A DNA stretch of 45,414 bases, from the NCBI GenBank assembly GCA_964353645.1, contig CAYGWR010000002.1:1-45414 (forward strand), in the 5' to 3' direction. This DNA is from an uncultured Dehalococcoidia bacterium. GTDB taxonomy: Bacteria; Chloroflexota; Dehalococcoidia; SZUA-161. Below the pieces are notes generated by a model, which made no database searches, had not been told where the DNA came from, and saw nothing but the letters and a program-made list of their open reading frames with translations. A program made the translations under genes and the position numbers. Every line of letters starts with the position of its first letter. The stretch's first letter is position 1. Below are positions 32,971-42,125 of this stretch, in pieces.

Positions 32971-33156
32971 AGGCACTGTTGGAAATTCATAATCTTTTTG
33001 AAGAGCTGACTTAACTAAGCAGTGGGAAGGCAGATAACAGTTGTTTCTGCGATGAGAACTGCCTAGTTGCGTCTTGTTGCTGTGATGCTTCCTGCATTCG
33101 GTGGCAAGGAGGTTGCTATTAGACTGTAATATGGCTATTCTATAGAAGTATTTACG

Positions 33157-33324
33157 ATGAGTCCCTTGCGACGTTTTCTACAGATAATATTTGCCCTGGC
33201 GGTGAGAAAGAAGGATGGCACACTTTTTACCAGTTTATCTGATGAGATGTTGTTAGAGTTGGGAGACCAGTTGATTGTCATAGGGAATCGCGAGCAATTG
33301 CGGGACTTGGAAGGGACGATATAA
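33157..33324 (+). pseudogene. Possible remnant of a TrkA-C (RCK_C) domain gene
   Basis: The 55-codon ORF reads ...RKKDGTLFTSLSDEMLLELGDQLIVIGNREQLRDLEG, like the C-terminal half of an RCK_C domain. It is bounded upstream by an in-frame TAA and has no SD. Confidence 0.3.
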
Positions 33325-33370
33325 GATAAAATGTTTATAGTGAAGAGATGGGGTTGAATAGGAGGAGGAT

Positions 33371-34126
33371 ATGCTGCAAATCAAAGATTTAAGCGTGGTT
33401 GTGGAAGGCAAACAAATTCTGCACGATGTTAATCTCTCAATAGGTGCCGGTGAGACCCACGCCCTTTTCGGCCCCAACGGCGGGGGTAAGACCACTCTGT
33501 TGATGACGATAATGGGTTTCCCCCGCTATCGGGTGACTAAAGGGCAGATTATATTCAAAGGTCAGGATATAACCAGGCTGTCTCTGGATGAACGAGCGCG
33601 TATGGGCATTGGCATGTCATTTCAGCGCCCCCCGGTAGTGCGTGGGGTCAAAACACGTGATGTGGTCACCGCCTGCCTGGGTCCCCAGGGAGACGGAGAG
33701 ATTGTCGGTAAGATGGCGGAGAGATTGAAGATGGGCGAGCTGATGGACCGCGATATAAACTACGGATTTTCCGGTGGTGAGATAAAGCGGTCGGAACTGC
33801 TGCAACTCATTGCTCAGAACCCTGACCTGGTTCTCCTAGATGAGCCGGAGTCAGGAGTCGACCTGGTGAATATGGGCCTGATAGGACAGATGATAAACGA
33901 ACTCTTACAGAAAAACGTAGTGCAGCATCCGCAGCGCCAGCGGACGCGTTCTGGCTTGATCATCACACATACCGGCCATATCCTGGACTATGTTCATGCC
34001 AGTAAAGGATATGTCCTTTTAAACGGAACGATCCCCTGTGAGCGGGATGCTCTGGAGGTTTTAGATTCCATAAAACAGAATGGCTACGAGGGATGCGTAA
34101 AGTGTCTGTGTCAGAAAGAGTTATAA
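33371..34126 (+). CDS. sufC: SufC Fe-S assembly ATPase
   Basis: MLQIKDLSVVVEGKQILHDVNLSIGAGETHALFGPNGGGKTTL, FSGGEIKRSELLQL and LLDEPESGVD. GGAGGAGGAT-ATG SD. Confidence 0.9.
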   Translation: MLQIKDLSVVVEGKQILHDVNLSIGAGETHALFGPNGGGKTTLLMTIMGFPRYRVTKGQIIFKGQDITRLSLDERARMGIGMSFQRPPVVRGVKTRDVVTACLGPQGDGEIVGKMAERLKMGELMDRDINYGFSGGEIKRSELLQLIAQNPDLVLLDEPESGVDLVNMGLIGQMINELLQKNVVQHPQRQRTRSGLIITHTGHILDYVHASKGYVLLNGTIPCERDALEVLDSIKQNGYEGCVKCLCQKEL

Positions 34127-35346
34127 GATCCAAGAAAACCAGGGAGTTAGCCGAAAAGGCGCTGGATAAGAAGCCGGCTATAGGTGAGGACATCGACATA
34201 GCTTCTTATTCCTCGAGCGCTGAGGAACATCCTTACCAGGAGAAGCCATCTCAGCTTTCAGCCCAGGACAAGAAGCGCATGATGGAGGTGGGGGTTACCC
34301 TGGACGAATCGAGCCAGAGGGGAGGAACCTTTGTCCAGTTGGATCGTTCTGTGGTCCATAGCTCCTCAAGCCAGGAGGGGCTGGAGGTTATGGACATCAA
34401 GAAGGCCCTGGAGACCTATGACTGGCTTAAAGACTACTGGTGGCGCGCGGTAAGCGTGGATGCCGACAAGTTCACTGCTCATACCGAGCTTTATCTAGAT
34501 AATGGCTATTTTATAAGGTCTCTCCCCGGCGCGAAGGCTATCCACCCTGTTCAGGCATGTCTTTACCTTGCGCATAGGAACCTGGCGCAAAAGGTGCATA
34601 ATATCATTATCGCCGAGGAGAACTCAGAGTTGCACATTATCACTGGCTGCGCTACCAGCCCCATGACAGCCTCCGGGCTGCATATCGGTGTCTCTGAGTT
34701 CTACATTAAACGTGGGGCGAAGCTGACTTTCACCATGATTCATAACTGGGCTCCAGAAATAGCCGTTCGCCCCCGCAGTGGCGCCATAGTTGAGGAAGGT
34801 GGGGTCTTCCTTAGTAATTATGTCAATATGAAGCAGGTACGTACACTCCAGATGTACCCTGTAGCCCGGTGCGTCGGCGAAAACGCTATTGTCAGGTTTA
34901 ACACTATTCTTGTCGCTCCCCCAGGCTCAACCCTGGACACCGGCTCCAGGGTGCTCCTCGAGGCAAAAGGCTCCCGGGCTGAGGTCATAGCACGAACTAT
35001 TACTACGGGGGGCACTATCATATCCAGAGGCTATATAGCGGGCAGTGCTCCCAATGTTAAGGGGCACCTGGAGTGCCGGGGTTTGATTCTCTCGGAGAAA
35101 GGTATCATTCACGCCATCCCGGAACTCAGGGGGGAGATTGCGGGTGTAGATCTTTCGCATGAAGCAGCAGTAGGCAAGATAGCTGAGGAGGAAGTTGAGT
35201 ATCTCATGGCACGTGGCCTTACGCGCGATGAGGCTACGGCAACAATAGTGAGGGGCTTCCTGCATGTTGATATCGAAGGTCTGCCGCCTGAGCTTGCCGC
35301 TCAGTTGAAACAGGCAGTTGAAACCAGCGAAAAGGAGCTTCTCTAG
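34093..35346 (+). CDS. SufB/SufD-family Fe-S assembly protein
   Basis: 417 aa, overlapping the sufC end. The C-terminal beta-helix pattern ...GHLECRGLILSEKG...IPELRGEIAGVDLSHEAAVGKIAEEEVEYLMARGLTRDEA is typical of SufB/D. Confidence 0.85.
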   Translation: MRKVSVSERVIRSKKTRELAEKALDKKPAIGEDIDIASYSSSAEEHPYQEKPSQLSAQDKKRMMEVGVTLDESSQRGGTFVQLDRSVVHSSSSQEGLEVMDIKKALETYDWLKDYWWRAVSVDADKFTAHTELYLDNGYFIRSLPGAKAIHPVQACLYLAHRNLAQKVHNIIIAEENSELHIITGCATSPMTASGLHIGVSEFYIKRGAKLTFTMIHNWAPEIAVRPRSGAIVEEGGVFLSNYVNMKQVRTLQMYPVARCVGENAIVRFNTILVAPPGSTLDTGSRVLLEAKGSRAEVIARTITTGGTIISRGYIAGSAPNVKGHLECRGLILSEKGIIHAIPELRGEIAGVDLSHEAAVGKIAEEEVEYLMARGLTRDEATATIVRGFLHVDIEGLPPELAAQLKQAVETSEKELL

Positions 35347-35373
35347 AATAATTTTAAAAAGGGAGGACATGAG

Positions 35374-36060
35374 ATGGACCTCAAGGCTTTGTACCCAATA
35401 AGCTATGGCATGTATGTTATAAGTTCCAGAAAGGGAAACAAGATTAATGCTCAGATTGCCAACACCGTGATTCAAGTCTGCTCCGACCCGCCGACCATTT
35501 CTATATGCATTAATAAAGAGAATCTCACCCATGAGTTCATCCAGGATAGCAAGGTCTTTACTGTTTCGGTGTTATCTAAAGAGACACCTTTGAGCTTCAT
35601 TGGCCGTTTTGGTTTCAAATCGGGAAGGGATGTAGACAAGTTTGAGGGAATCAACTACAAGACTGGTGTGACTAAAGCGCCCATAGTTCTGGATAATGCC
35701 CTTTCGTATATGGAAGCCAAGATGGTTAGTTCGTTAGATGCTAAAACACATACCATATTTGTGGGCGAGCTTGTGGATGCCGGTGTTCTCAGGGAAGGCG
35801 AGCCCATGACCTATGCCTATTATCATGAGGTCAAGCGCGGTACTACTCCTAAGACAGCTCCCCATTATGTTGAGGAGAAGAAAGAAGGAGATATTAAAAT
35901 GGCGAAGTATAAATGCTCTGTTTGCGGATACATCTATGACCCGGCAAAAGGCGATCCTGAGAGCAAAATTCCACCTGGTACCCCATTCGAGAAACTGCCT
36001 GATGATTGGACATGCCCGGTCTGCGGTGCAGCTAAGAGTGAGTTTGAGAAGATTGCATGA
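35374..36060 (+). CDS. Flavin-reductase-domain protein fused to a C-terminal rubredoxin (high-molecular-weight rubredoxin type)
   Basis: The N-terminal part is a flavin reductase-like domain. The C-terminus [13 protein letters not shown]...[13 protein letters not shown] is a canonical rubredoxin. Confidence 0.85.
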   Translation: MDLKALYPISYGMYVISSRKGNKINAQIANTVIQVCSDPPTISICINKENLTHEFIQDSKVFTVSVLSKETPLSFIGRFGFKSGRDVDKFEGINYKTGVTKAPIVLDNALSYMEAKMVSSLDAKTHTIFVGELVDAGVLREGEPMTYAYYHEVKRGTTPKTAPHYVEEKKEGDIKMAKYKCSVCGYIYDPAKGDPESKIPPGTPFEKLPDDWTCPVCGAAKSEFEKIA

Positions 36061-36089
36061 ATAGGAGAGGCTGAGGAAACTCGAGAGAT

Positions 36090-36764
36090 ATGGCTATCCA
36101 GGTAGAGCTTATAAAATCTATTCCCTATTTCTCCGGCCTGAGCCCTGCTGAACTTGATTCTCTCAAGGGGCTTATCTTTGAGACTACGGCTGAGAGAGGG
36201 GAATTCATATTGCTTGAAAGTGAGCCCGCCGATGCGTTGTATTTTGTTGTTTCCGGTGTAGTAAAGGTGTTCAAGACATCGGCTGATGGGAGAGAGCAGA
36301 TTCTCCAAATAGTACGTCCCGGTGAATCTTTTAATGATGCCCCTGTCTTCGATGGGGGCCCGAATCCAGCCAGTGCCCAAGCCATGGGACCGGTTGTCCT
36401 TTACGGGATAAACAATAGCGACATGGGGGCTATTCTCCGTACCCACCCACAGGTGGCCCTGAATGTAATCCATGTTTTATCACAAAAGCTACGGCATTTG
36501 GTGTCTCTGGTGGAAGATCTATCTTTTAAGCACGTTACTGCCCGGCTGGCTAAGATACTTTTGGAATACGCCGGTGATGGAGTAGGTTCTGCTAAGCCGC
36601 GGCTAACACAACAGGAGATGGCAGCTATGGCAGGAACTGCTCGGGAGATGATCGGTAGGTCGCTCAAAGAACTGGAGGTTGAAAAGATAATCAGGTTGGA
36701 GCATCACCGCATAGTGGTTACCGACAAGGAAGCCCTGAAAAAATGGGCGGGGGTGGTTGAGTGA
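36090..36764 (+). CDS. Crp/Fnr-family transcription regulator (no Cys cluster)
   Basis: A cNMP-binding-like beta-roll (ALYFVVSGVVKVFK...GREQIL..VRPGESF) and a C-terminal HTH (LTQQEMAAMAGTAREMIGRSLKELE). No cysteines, so it is not an FNR-type O2 sensor. Confidence 0.85.
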   Translation: MAIQVELIKSIPYFSGLSPAELDSLKGLIFETTAERGEFILLESEPADALYFVVSGVVKVFKTSADGREQILQIVRPGESFNDAPVFDGGPNPASAQAMGPVVLYGINNSDMGAILRTHPQVALNVIHVLSQKLRHLVSLVEDLSFKHVTARLAKILLEYAGDGVGSAKPRLTQQEMAAMAGTAREMIGRSLKELEVEKIIRLEHHRIVVTDKEALKKWAGVVE

Positions 36765-36828
36765 GACAAAGGTCACATACATATAGGTGCCCCTGCTCTT
36801 AAGATAGTTTTGTTAGGAGTTAAACAGA

Positions 36829-37035
36829 ATGCCTGAGATTCCCGTGATAGACCAGGAAAGATGTAACGGGTGTGGTCTGTGTATCACCGTATGCTCTTGC
36901 AAGTCATTGGTGCTGTTGGGGAATGTTATAACTTTCATTGAGACAGGAAATTGTGGCTGGTGCACCTGGTGCGAAGCTGTATGCCCTACAGGTGCCATAA
37001 ACTGTCCCTTCGAAATAATTATCGAGGAGCGCTAG
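36829..37035 (+). CDS. Small [4Fe-4S] ferredoxin-like protein
   Basis: CNGCGLCITVC and CGWCTWCEAVCP motifs in 68 aa. Confidence 0.75.
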   Translation: MPEIPVIDQERCNGCGLCITVCSCKSLVLLGNVITFIETGNCGWCTWCEAVCPTGAINCPFEIIIEER

Positions 37036-37193
37036 ACAACAAGCATTTCCCCCGCTCTTAATTCTTCTATACCTGCGTAGCCTCCTGCACCACCAGGGTA
37101 TTTAACCAACATTTGGTTACCAATGAGACAGAAGTCACATACAGCGGCTAACTCATAACTTATTATATCTTTGGCTGTGTATGGGGGTGGAAG

Positions 37194-37442
37194 ATGGGTC
37201 GCAAACCTAAAGCTGTACAACAAAAACAGAAACATATAGCCAGGGTCGGATGTGCTCACTACTGGATGATTGAAAGCCCTCAAGGGCCTATAAGCAAGGG
37301 TGTATGTAAGTATTGTGGCGCGGTTAGCGAGTTCATGAACTATGTGCCGTACCCATCATGGGAAGGCAAAATGCCCAAGCTTCCTGAACATCGCGAGCTG
37401 TCTGATGTTGAACCCGGTGATGATTCGAATAATAATTCCTGA
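37194..37442 (+). CDS. Small hypothetical zinc-ribbon-like protein
   Basis: 82 aa. GGGGGTGGAAG-ATG SD. C..H...CKYCG motif. A strong terminator follows. Confidence 0.5.
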   Translation: MGRKPKAVQQKQKHIARVGCAHYWMIESPQGPISKGVCKYCGAVSEFMNYVPYPSWEGKMPKLPEHRELSDVEPGDDSNNNS

Positions 37443-37529
37443 GACAACTTTGGAACGATAAAAGGTTCATCTAACATTTTAGGGGGCTAGTTTCAAACCC
37501 GCCTCTTATTTTTTGGAGGTCATCTTGTC

Positions 37530-37558
37530 CACCAAGTCGCCTCTTGGTGAGGTTTTTT
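37530..37558 (+). terminator. Intrinsic terminator
   Basis: CACCAAG-TCGCCT-CTTGGTG followed by AGGTTTTTT. Confidence 0.7.
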
Positions 37559-37560
37559 AT

Positions 37561-37694
37561 TAATCTCTTTTCAATCCCCTGTTTCCCCTAGTCTTGGGGG
37601 ACTTTTGAAGCCGGGGGATACCCCCGTACCCCCAGGCCTTCTCAGGAAGGAGGGCTTTGCCCCTCTGCACTCCCCATTTGCTAAACGACCTCTC
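37561..37694 (+). repeat. Family-A intergenic repeat, copy 4
   Basis: TAATCTCTTTTCAATCCCC...CCCCTAGTCTTGGGGG...CCGGGGGATACCCCC...GGAGGGCTTTGCCCCTCTGCACTCCCC...CTAAACGACCTCTC. Confidence 0.85.
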
Positions 37695-37702
37695 TTGGGT
37701 GA

Positions 37703-37731
37703 TTGCTCTCACGATGGAATTCAGGCATAAT
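37703..37731 (+). promoter_or_regulatory. Sigma70-like promoter of the CoA-transferase genes
   Basis: TTGCTC (37703-37708), N17, CATAAT (37726-37731). The -35 starts 9 nt after the conserved right end of repeat copy 4. Confidence 0.4.
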
Positions 37732-37770
37732 GTTGCTGTCGCCGTTTTTTGATAATCGGAGGGCAAGCGA

Positions 37771-38988
37771 ATGGCTAAACGGGCTCTTTCAGGACTTAAG
37801 GTAGTAGAATATGGAAGCTTTGTCTCTGCGCCCTATTGTACTAAGCTGATGGCCGATCTAGGTGCCGAGGTCGTCAAGGTCGAAGAGCCAGGTAAAGGGG
37901 ATGAATCCAGGGATTATGGGCCGTTTCCTGATGACGTTCCTCATCACGAGCGGAGTGGGCTTTTCCTCTACCTGAACACCAACAAACTGGGCGTCACGCT
38001 TAATGTAAAAACCACAACTGGAATGGCCATCTTCGAGGAATTGATCCGGGAGGCAGATGTCTTTGTGGAGAACAATCCACCCAAGCTCATGAATGAAGTT
38101 GGCTTGGATTATGCCAAGCTCAAGGAGCTAAATCCCAGGCTGATTGTAACCTCACTCACTCCTTTCGGGCAGACAGGTCCTTACAGGGACTACAAAGCCT
38201 ATGCCATAAACTGCTGTGCGTTTGGAGGCGTGAGTCAGAGTATAGGTCACTACTGGAGAGAACCATTAACAGCGCCGCTCTCACAGGGCCATTACCAGGC
38301 CGCTGTAAGCGGGGCTGGAGCCACGATGGTGGCTCTTCTCGCCCGAGATGTCACCGGTCGGGGTCAGCACATAGATATCTCAGAGGCTGATGTTTGGGCT
38401 ACCTACCATGTAGGATTCGGGATAACGATTTATGCCTTCGGCGCGAAGGATAATCTGAGGAAGGGCTATATCGGTGGTGGTTGGACATATCCTGCGCGGA
38501 GGGTTATTCCTTGCAAGGATGGTTATATGGCTCTCTGTGCACCCCAACTCAAGCAGTGGATAAAGTTTCTGGAACTGATGGGTAACCCTGAATGGACTAA
38601 AAACCCCAGGTACCGGGACCGCCACGCTATGGAGGATGACTATCCCGAGGAGGTAGACGCTCTATTAGCACCTTGGTTCCTTGAGCGCACTAAGAAAGAA
38701 CTGTTCGAGCTCTTTGAAAAGAACGCTGTCCCCTTCGCGCCGCTGTATAACATGGCGGACGAGGTCAGCGATCAACATCTCTCTGAACGCAAGTTTTTTG
38801 CCACATTAGACCGAGCGGAGGCTGGTGTGCTCAAGTATCCGGGTGCGCCATATAAGTTTTCCAAGACGCCATGGTCTTTGGAACGTCCTGCTCCTCTGCT
38901 GGGCGAACACAATGAGGCAATATACTGCGGACGTCTGGGTTACTTGAAAGAAGATTTAGTGGCGCTACGAAGAGCGGGGGTTATCTAG
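37771..38988 (+). CDS. Family III CoA-transferase (CaiB/BaiF/Frc family)
   Basis: LSGLKVVEYGSFVSAPYCTKLMADLGAEVVKVEEP...GD and VFVENNPPKLM are family hallmarks. 405 aa. Confidence 0.9.
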   Translation: MAKRALSGLKVVEYGSFVSAPYCTKLMADLGAEVVKVEEPGKGDESRDYGPFPDDVPHHERSGLFLYLNTNKLGVTLNVKTTTGMAIFEELIREADVFVENNPPKLMNEVGLDYAKLKELNPRLIVTSLTPFGQTGPYRDYKAYAINCCAFGGVSQSIGHYWREPLTAPLSQGHYQAAVSGAGATMVALLARDVTGRGQHIDISEADVWATYHVGFGITIYAFGAKDNLRKGYIGGGWTYPARRVIPCKDGYMALCAPQLKQWIKFLELMGNPEWTKNPRYRDRHAMEDDYPEEVDALLAPWFLERTKKELFELFEKNAVPFAPLYNMADEVSDQHLSERKFFATLDRAEAGVLKYPGAPYKFSKTPWSLERPAPLLGEHNEAIYCGRLGYLKEDLVALRRAGVI

Positions 38989-39031
38989 GGCCAAGATGTA
39001 CTATCTCGCATAGATTGGGAGGCTTTCAAAT

Positions 39032-40291
39032 ATGGCATGGTATCCTCTACAGGGTTATCGAGTAGTTGATTTCGGTTCTGCCTGGGCTGGCCCTCAGATG
39101 GCACACATAGTGGCAGATATGGGCGCCGAGGTTATCAAGGTGGAATCACGCAACAGGATAGATTACGGCAGGCTAGGCGGTGCTGCCAGCGCCAAGGACT
39201 TGCTGACCAAGACACCGGAGGCCATAGCAGCAACTGCTCCAGACAGATTGGAGCTAAACCCTGTATTCCATCTCTTGAACAGGGGCAAGAAAGGTATCAC
39301 TGTGGATTTCACTAAACCCAAGGGCGCGGATCTAATTAGAGAGCTAATCAAGAGAAGCGATGTGGTTGCCGACAACTTTACTCCGGGCGTGTTAGACAAA
39401 CACGGGCTAGGCTATGAGTCCCTGGCAGCGATCAAGCCAGATATCATTGTGGTATCTCTTTGCTTTGCCGGCCACACTGGCCCCTTAAAAGGTACTAGAG
39501 GGTATGCTCCTATCATAACTGCCCTTGGGGGGCTGGATAGTGTGGTTGGGTATCCTGATGAGTCGATCCCTTGTGGGCCGAGATTCGCCTATGGTGACCA
39601 TGTGGCAGCTACGCACGGGGCTCTTGCGATACTCATTGCCTTGATTCACCGTAACAGAACCGGAGAGGGCCAGTACATAGATATCTCCGAGTGGGAGGCA
39701 ACAACATCCCTGCTTGGCGAGCCCCTCATGGAATATATTATGAACCGCCGGATTCAAAAGCCTAGAGGCAATCGCGATCCTATTATGGCACCTCACGGTT
39801 TCTACCCGTGCAAGGGAGAAGGGCAATGGGTCTCTATTGCGGTTAAGACAGAGGAGGAGTGGCAGAGCTTCTGCCAGGCTATAGGCAATCCAACCCTGGC
39901 TGGCGATGAAAGATTTGCCGATAGGTACAGCAGGCTGCTCAACCAGGATGCGCTGGACAAGCTGGTAGGCCAATGGACTGCTAGTTACACTCCCTACGAG
40001 GTGACAGAAATTCTACAGAAATCAGGCGTAGCTGCAGCTCCCTTTATGATATCCAAGGAACAATATCATGATCCTCATTTTAGGGAGCGAGGAATTTTTG
40101 TAGAGGTCGATCATCCTAAGAGTGGACATGAGGTATTCTATGGCATCCCTTGGAAGCTGAGCGATACTCCGGGCGAGGTCCGCAGCAGCGGACCATTATT
40201 GGGTCAGGACAACGAATATGTGTTCAAGGAGTTGTTGGGCTTATCCCAGGAGGACTTTGAACATCTCGTGGAGGAGAAGGTCATCTTCTGA
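39032..40291 (+). CDS. Family III CoA-transferase (paralog)
   Basis: LQGYRVVDFGSAWAGPQMAHIVADMGAEVIKVES, VVADNFTPGVLDKHGLGYESL. 419 aa. Confidence 0.9.
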   Translation: MAWYPLQGYRVVDFGSAWAGPQMAHIVADMGAEVIKVESRNRIDYGRLGGAASAKDLLTKTPEAIAATAPDRLELNPVFHLLNRGKKGITVDFTKPKGADLIRELIKRSDVVADNFTPGVLDKHGLGYESLAAIKPDIIVVSLCFAGHTGPLKGTRGYAPIITALGGLDSVVGYPDESIPCGPRFAYGDHVAATHGALAILIALIHRNRTGEGQYIDISEWEATTSLLGEPLMEYIMNRRIQKPRGNRDPIMAPHGFYPCKGEGQWVSIAVKTEEEWQSFCQAIGNPTLAGDERFADRYSRLLNQDALDKLVGQWTASYTPYEVTEILQKSGVAAAPFMISKEQYHDPHFRERGIFVEVDHPKSGHEVFYGIPWKLSDTPGEVRSSGPLLGQDNEYVFKELLGLSQEDFEHLVEEKVIF

Positions 40292-40321
40292 TATCGGGCA
40301 ATATATTGATGTGTGACTTCG

Positions 40322-41422
40322 CTATGTTTCGACAAGAGCAGGAACTTGCGACATCATCACTTGCCGTCCAAGTATTTGCAGGAAAGAATCCACAACACCC
40401 GAATCCCATTGCCCCGGGGGCACCTTCATGAAGGATTCAACTGCTTCCTTACTTCTAAGGTCGACCTGATAAGGGTGACGGTAGGTCGCATTACTGTAAT
40501 ACTCTGTCTCTCTTTGCTGCTTACTGGAATCCCCAGCAATGAGCATAGTATCTCTCAAGCGCTCTAAGTGGGGCATTATCATGTCAGTAGGTGTATGCTG
40601 CCCTCTTATCCCGCTGTACTCAGCCTGTGTCAAAGGTGTTGATTCAATGAAGCCATAGTCTAGGATGTGAATCTTGCCGCTGGTACGTGATGTGGCAGCA
40701 ATATGCAACTCCCCTATCAATTTGGTCAGTTCGTTGTAACTCCTGGGTTGGTTTGCAATATCCTCGCCCAGCAGGCTCGCCCACTCCCCATGCTCACGAA
40801 TGGAGGCTCGGAATATCTCAGCCATCAACATCAACTTCTGTGCCATTTGCATATACCTCGCCGGTTCTTTGGGATGGGTTGCAGAACCGAAAGTCGGGAT
40901 AGCGAATTTCGCACCCGGTGTAGATTCTCTTTCCTGTGTCCAACGTATAGTCTTCAACTCCTCGAGAGAAATCTGTCCACATATCAATGACCTGATGGCT
41001 TCATTTTGCTCCGGTGCTAATTGAGGGCCTCCGTTTTTCAATACCAACCTTCTTATTTCAATAGCCTTTTTTACTCTTGTGCTAAGATCATCAAGATCGA
41101 AGGGTTTGGTCACGTAATCGTATGCGCCCAGTCTTAGGGCTTGGATGTGCATTTTTGTGTCTGCCATCGCAGTTAACATGATGACACAGATATCAGGATG
41201 GTCAGCAGTAAGTCTGCGCAGTACTTCCATTCCCGATAGGCCTGGCATATTGACGTCAAGGAGCACCAGATCGAAGCTCTTCATAGAGGCTTTACGCAAG
41301 GCTTCCTTGCCATCGGCTGCAACTTCACAATTGTAGCCGTCAAACTCTAATTTCCGAGAGAGGATGCTTCTTATTGGCTCTTCATCATCGACTATTAATA
41401 TGGTCAACTTATCTTCTTCCAC
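40322..41422 (-). CDS. Response regulator (REC domain) with a C-terminal domain resembling a degenerate HD-GYP/HD domain
   Basis: REC: ILIVDDEEPIR...LVLLDVNMPGLSG...LTAMAD...YVTKP. The C-terminal 230 aa follows HD-GYP spacing, but LDYG replaces the HD dyad and YRHPYQ replaces the GYP region. GTG start at 41422 with GGAGG upstream. Confidence 0.7.
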   Translation of the reverse strand: MEEDKLTILIVDDEEPIRSILSRKLEFDGYNCEVAADGKEALRKASMKSFDLVLLDVNMPGLSGMEVLRRLTADHPDICVIMLTAMADTKMHIQALRLGAYDYVTKPFDLDDLSTRVKKAIEIRRLVLKNGGPQLAPEQNEAIRSLICGQISLEELKTIRWTQERESTPGAKFAIPTFGSATHPKEPARYMQMAQKLMLMAEIFRASIREHGEWASLLGEDIANQPRSYNELTKLIGELHIAATSRTSGKIHILDYGFIESTPLTQAEYSGIRGQHTPTDMIMPHLERLRDTMLIAGDSSKQQRETEYYSNATYRHPYQVDLRSKEAVESFMKVPPGQWDSGVVDSFLQILGRQVMMSQVPALVET

Positions 41423-41935
41423 TTACATCCTCCGAGCCTCGATTAAGCTGTATTTCTCAAGAGTGGGCTGACCGTCAGAGATGATCGGAATCTCCACTAC
41501 AAAAGTCGATCCTTCTCCGAACTTGCTCCTGGCATAAATATGACCATTGTGCTGCTGGATGATGCCATAGCATATGCTTAATCCCAGCCCTGTAGTTAGT
41601 TGCAAAATAGAAAAAGCTAATGCGGGACCATATATTAAAAGGTAAAGTAATTTATTCTTTAACAGCTTCGACTTTTCTGTGGTAACCAGAACAAAATGCA
41701 AAAGAAGGGCTACCCCGATAGGCCAAAGACCAGTAAGTTTTAAAGCCATAAGTGCTATATTGGGGTTCTGTGCTTGGAGATTGCCGAATTCCATGAATGC
41801 CAGGTAAGACGCTACTACACTCAACAACATGAAAAGTCGATTCAGCGTATTCCTAGTATCCTGGAAGAAAACTGAACTTCCGAGGAAGAAACAAATCCAG
41901 GACGTTATCAAAAAAATTAAAGCGAGGACATTCAT
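41423..41935 (-). CDS. Truncated sensor-kinase remnant: membrane N-terminus fused directly to the last approx. 35 residues of an HATPase_c domain
   Basis: About 115 aa of TM helices run straight into GLGLSICYGIIQQHNGHIYARSKFGEGSTFVVEIPI (G2 box to the end of the ATPase domain). No H-box/DHp, N or G1 boxes. The stop abuts the response-regulator start. Confidence 0.6.
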   Translation of the reverse strand: MNVLALIFLITSWICFFLGSSVFFQDTRNTLNRLFMLLSVVASYLAFMEFGNLQAQNPNIALMALKLTGLWPIGVALLLHFVLVTTEKSKLLKNKLLYLLIYGPALAFSILQLTTGLGLSICYGIIQQHNGHIYARSKFGEGSTFVVEIPIISDGQPTLEKYSLIEARRM

Positions 41936-42125
41936 AGCTTACTCCGCTTCAGCAAGATTTCCTTTCGCATGGGATATGCATATTCGAAGGTTAGCACACT
42001 CGCTTGAAAGCATAAATAGCCCTTTTGGGGCTTATTGGTGGTAATATGGTACTAGGGACCTAGGTGAAAGATCTTGTATTTATCTTATAGTTGAGGTTTG
42101 CAGGTAATATAGGGATAATCAGCAG

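Noticed and set aside
37560-37766. 68-aa minus-strand ORF in the ORF track
   Set aside because: It is the conceptual translation of family-A repeat copy 4 (GIPRLQKSPKTRG...). It has no SD and no coding-like composition outside the repeat.
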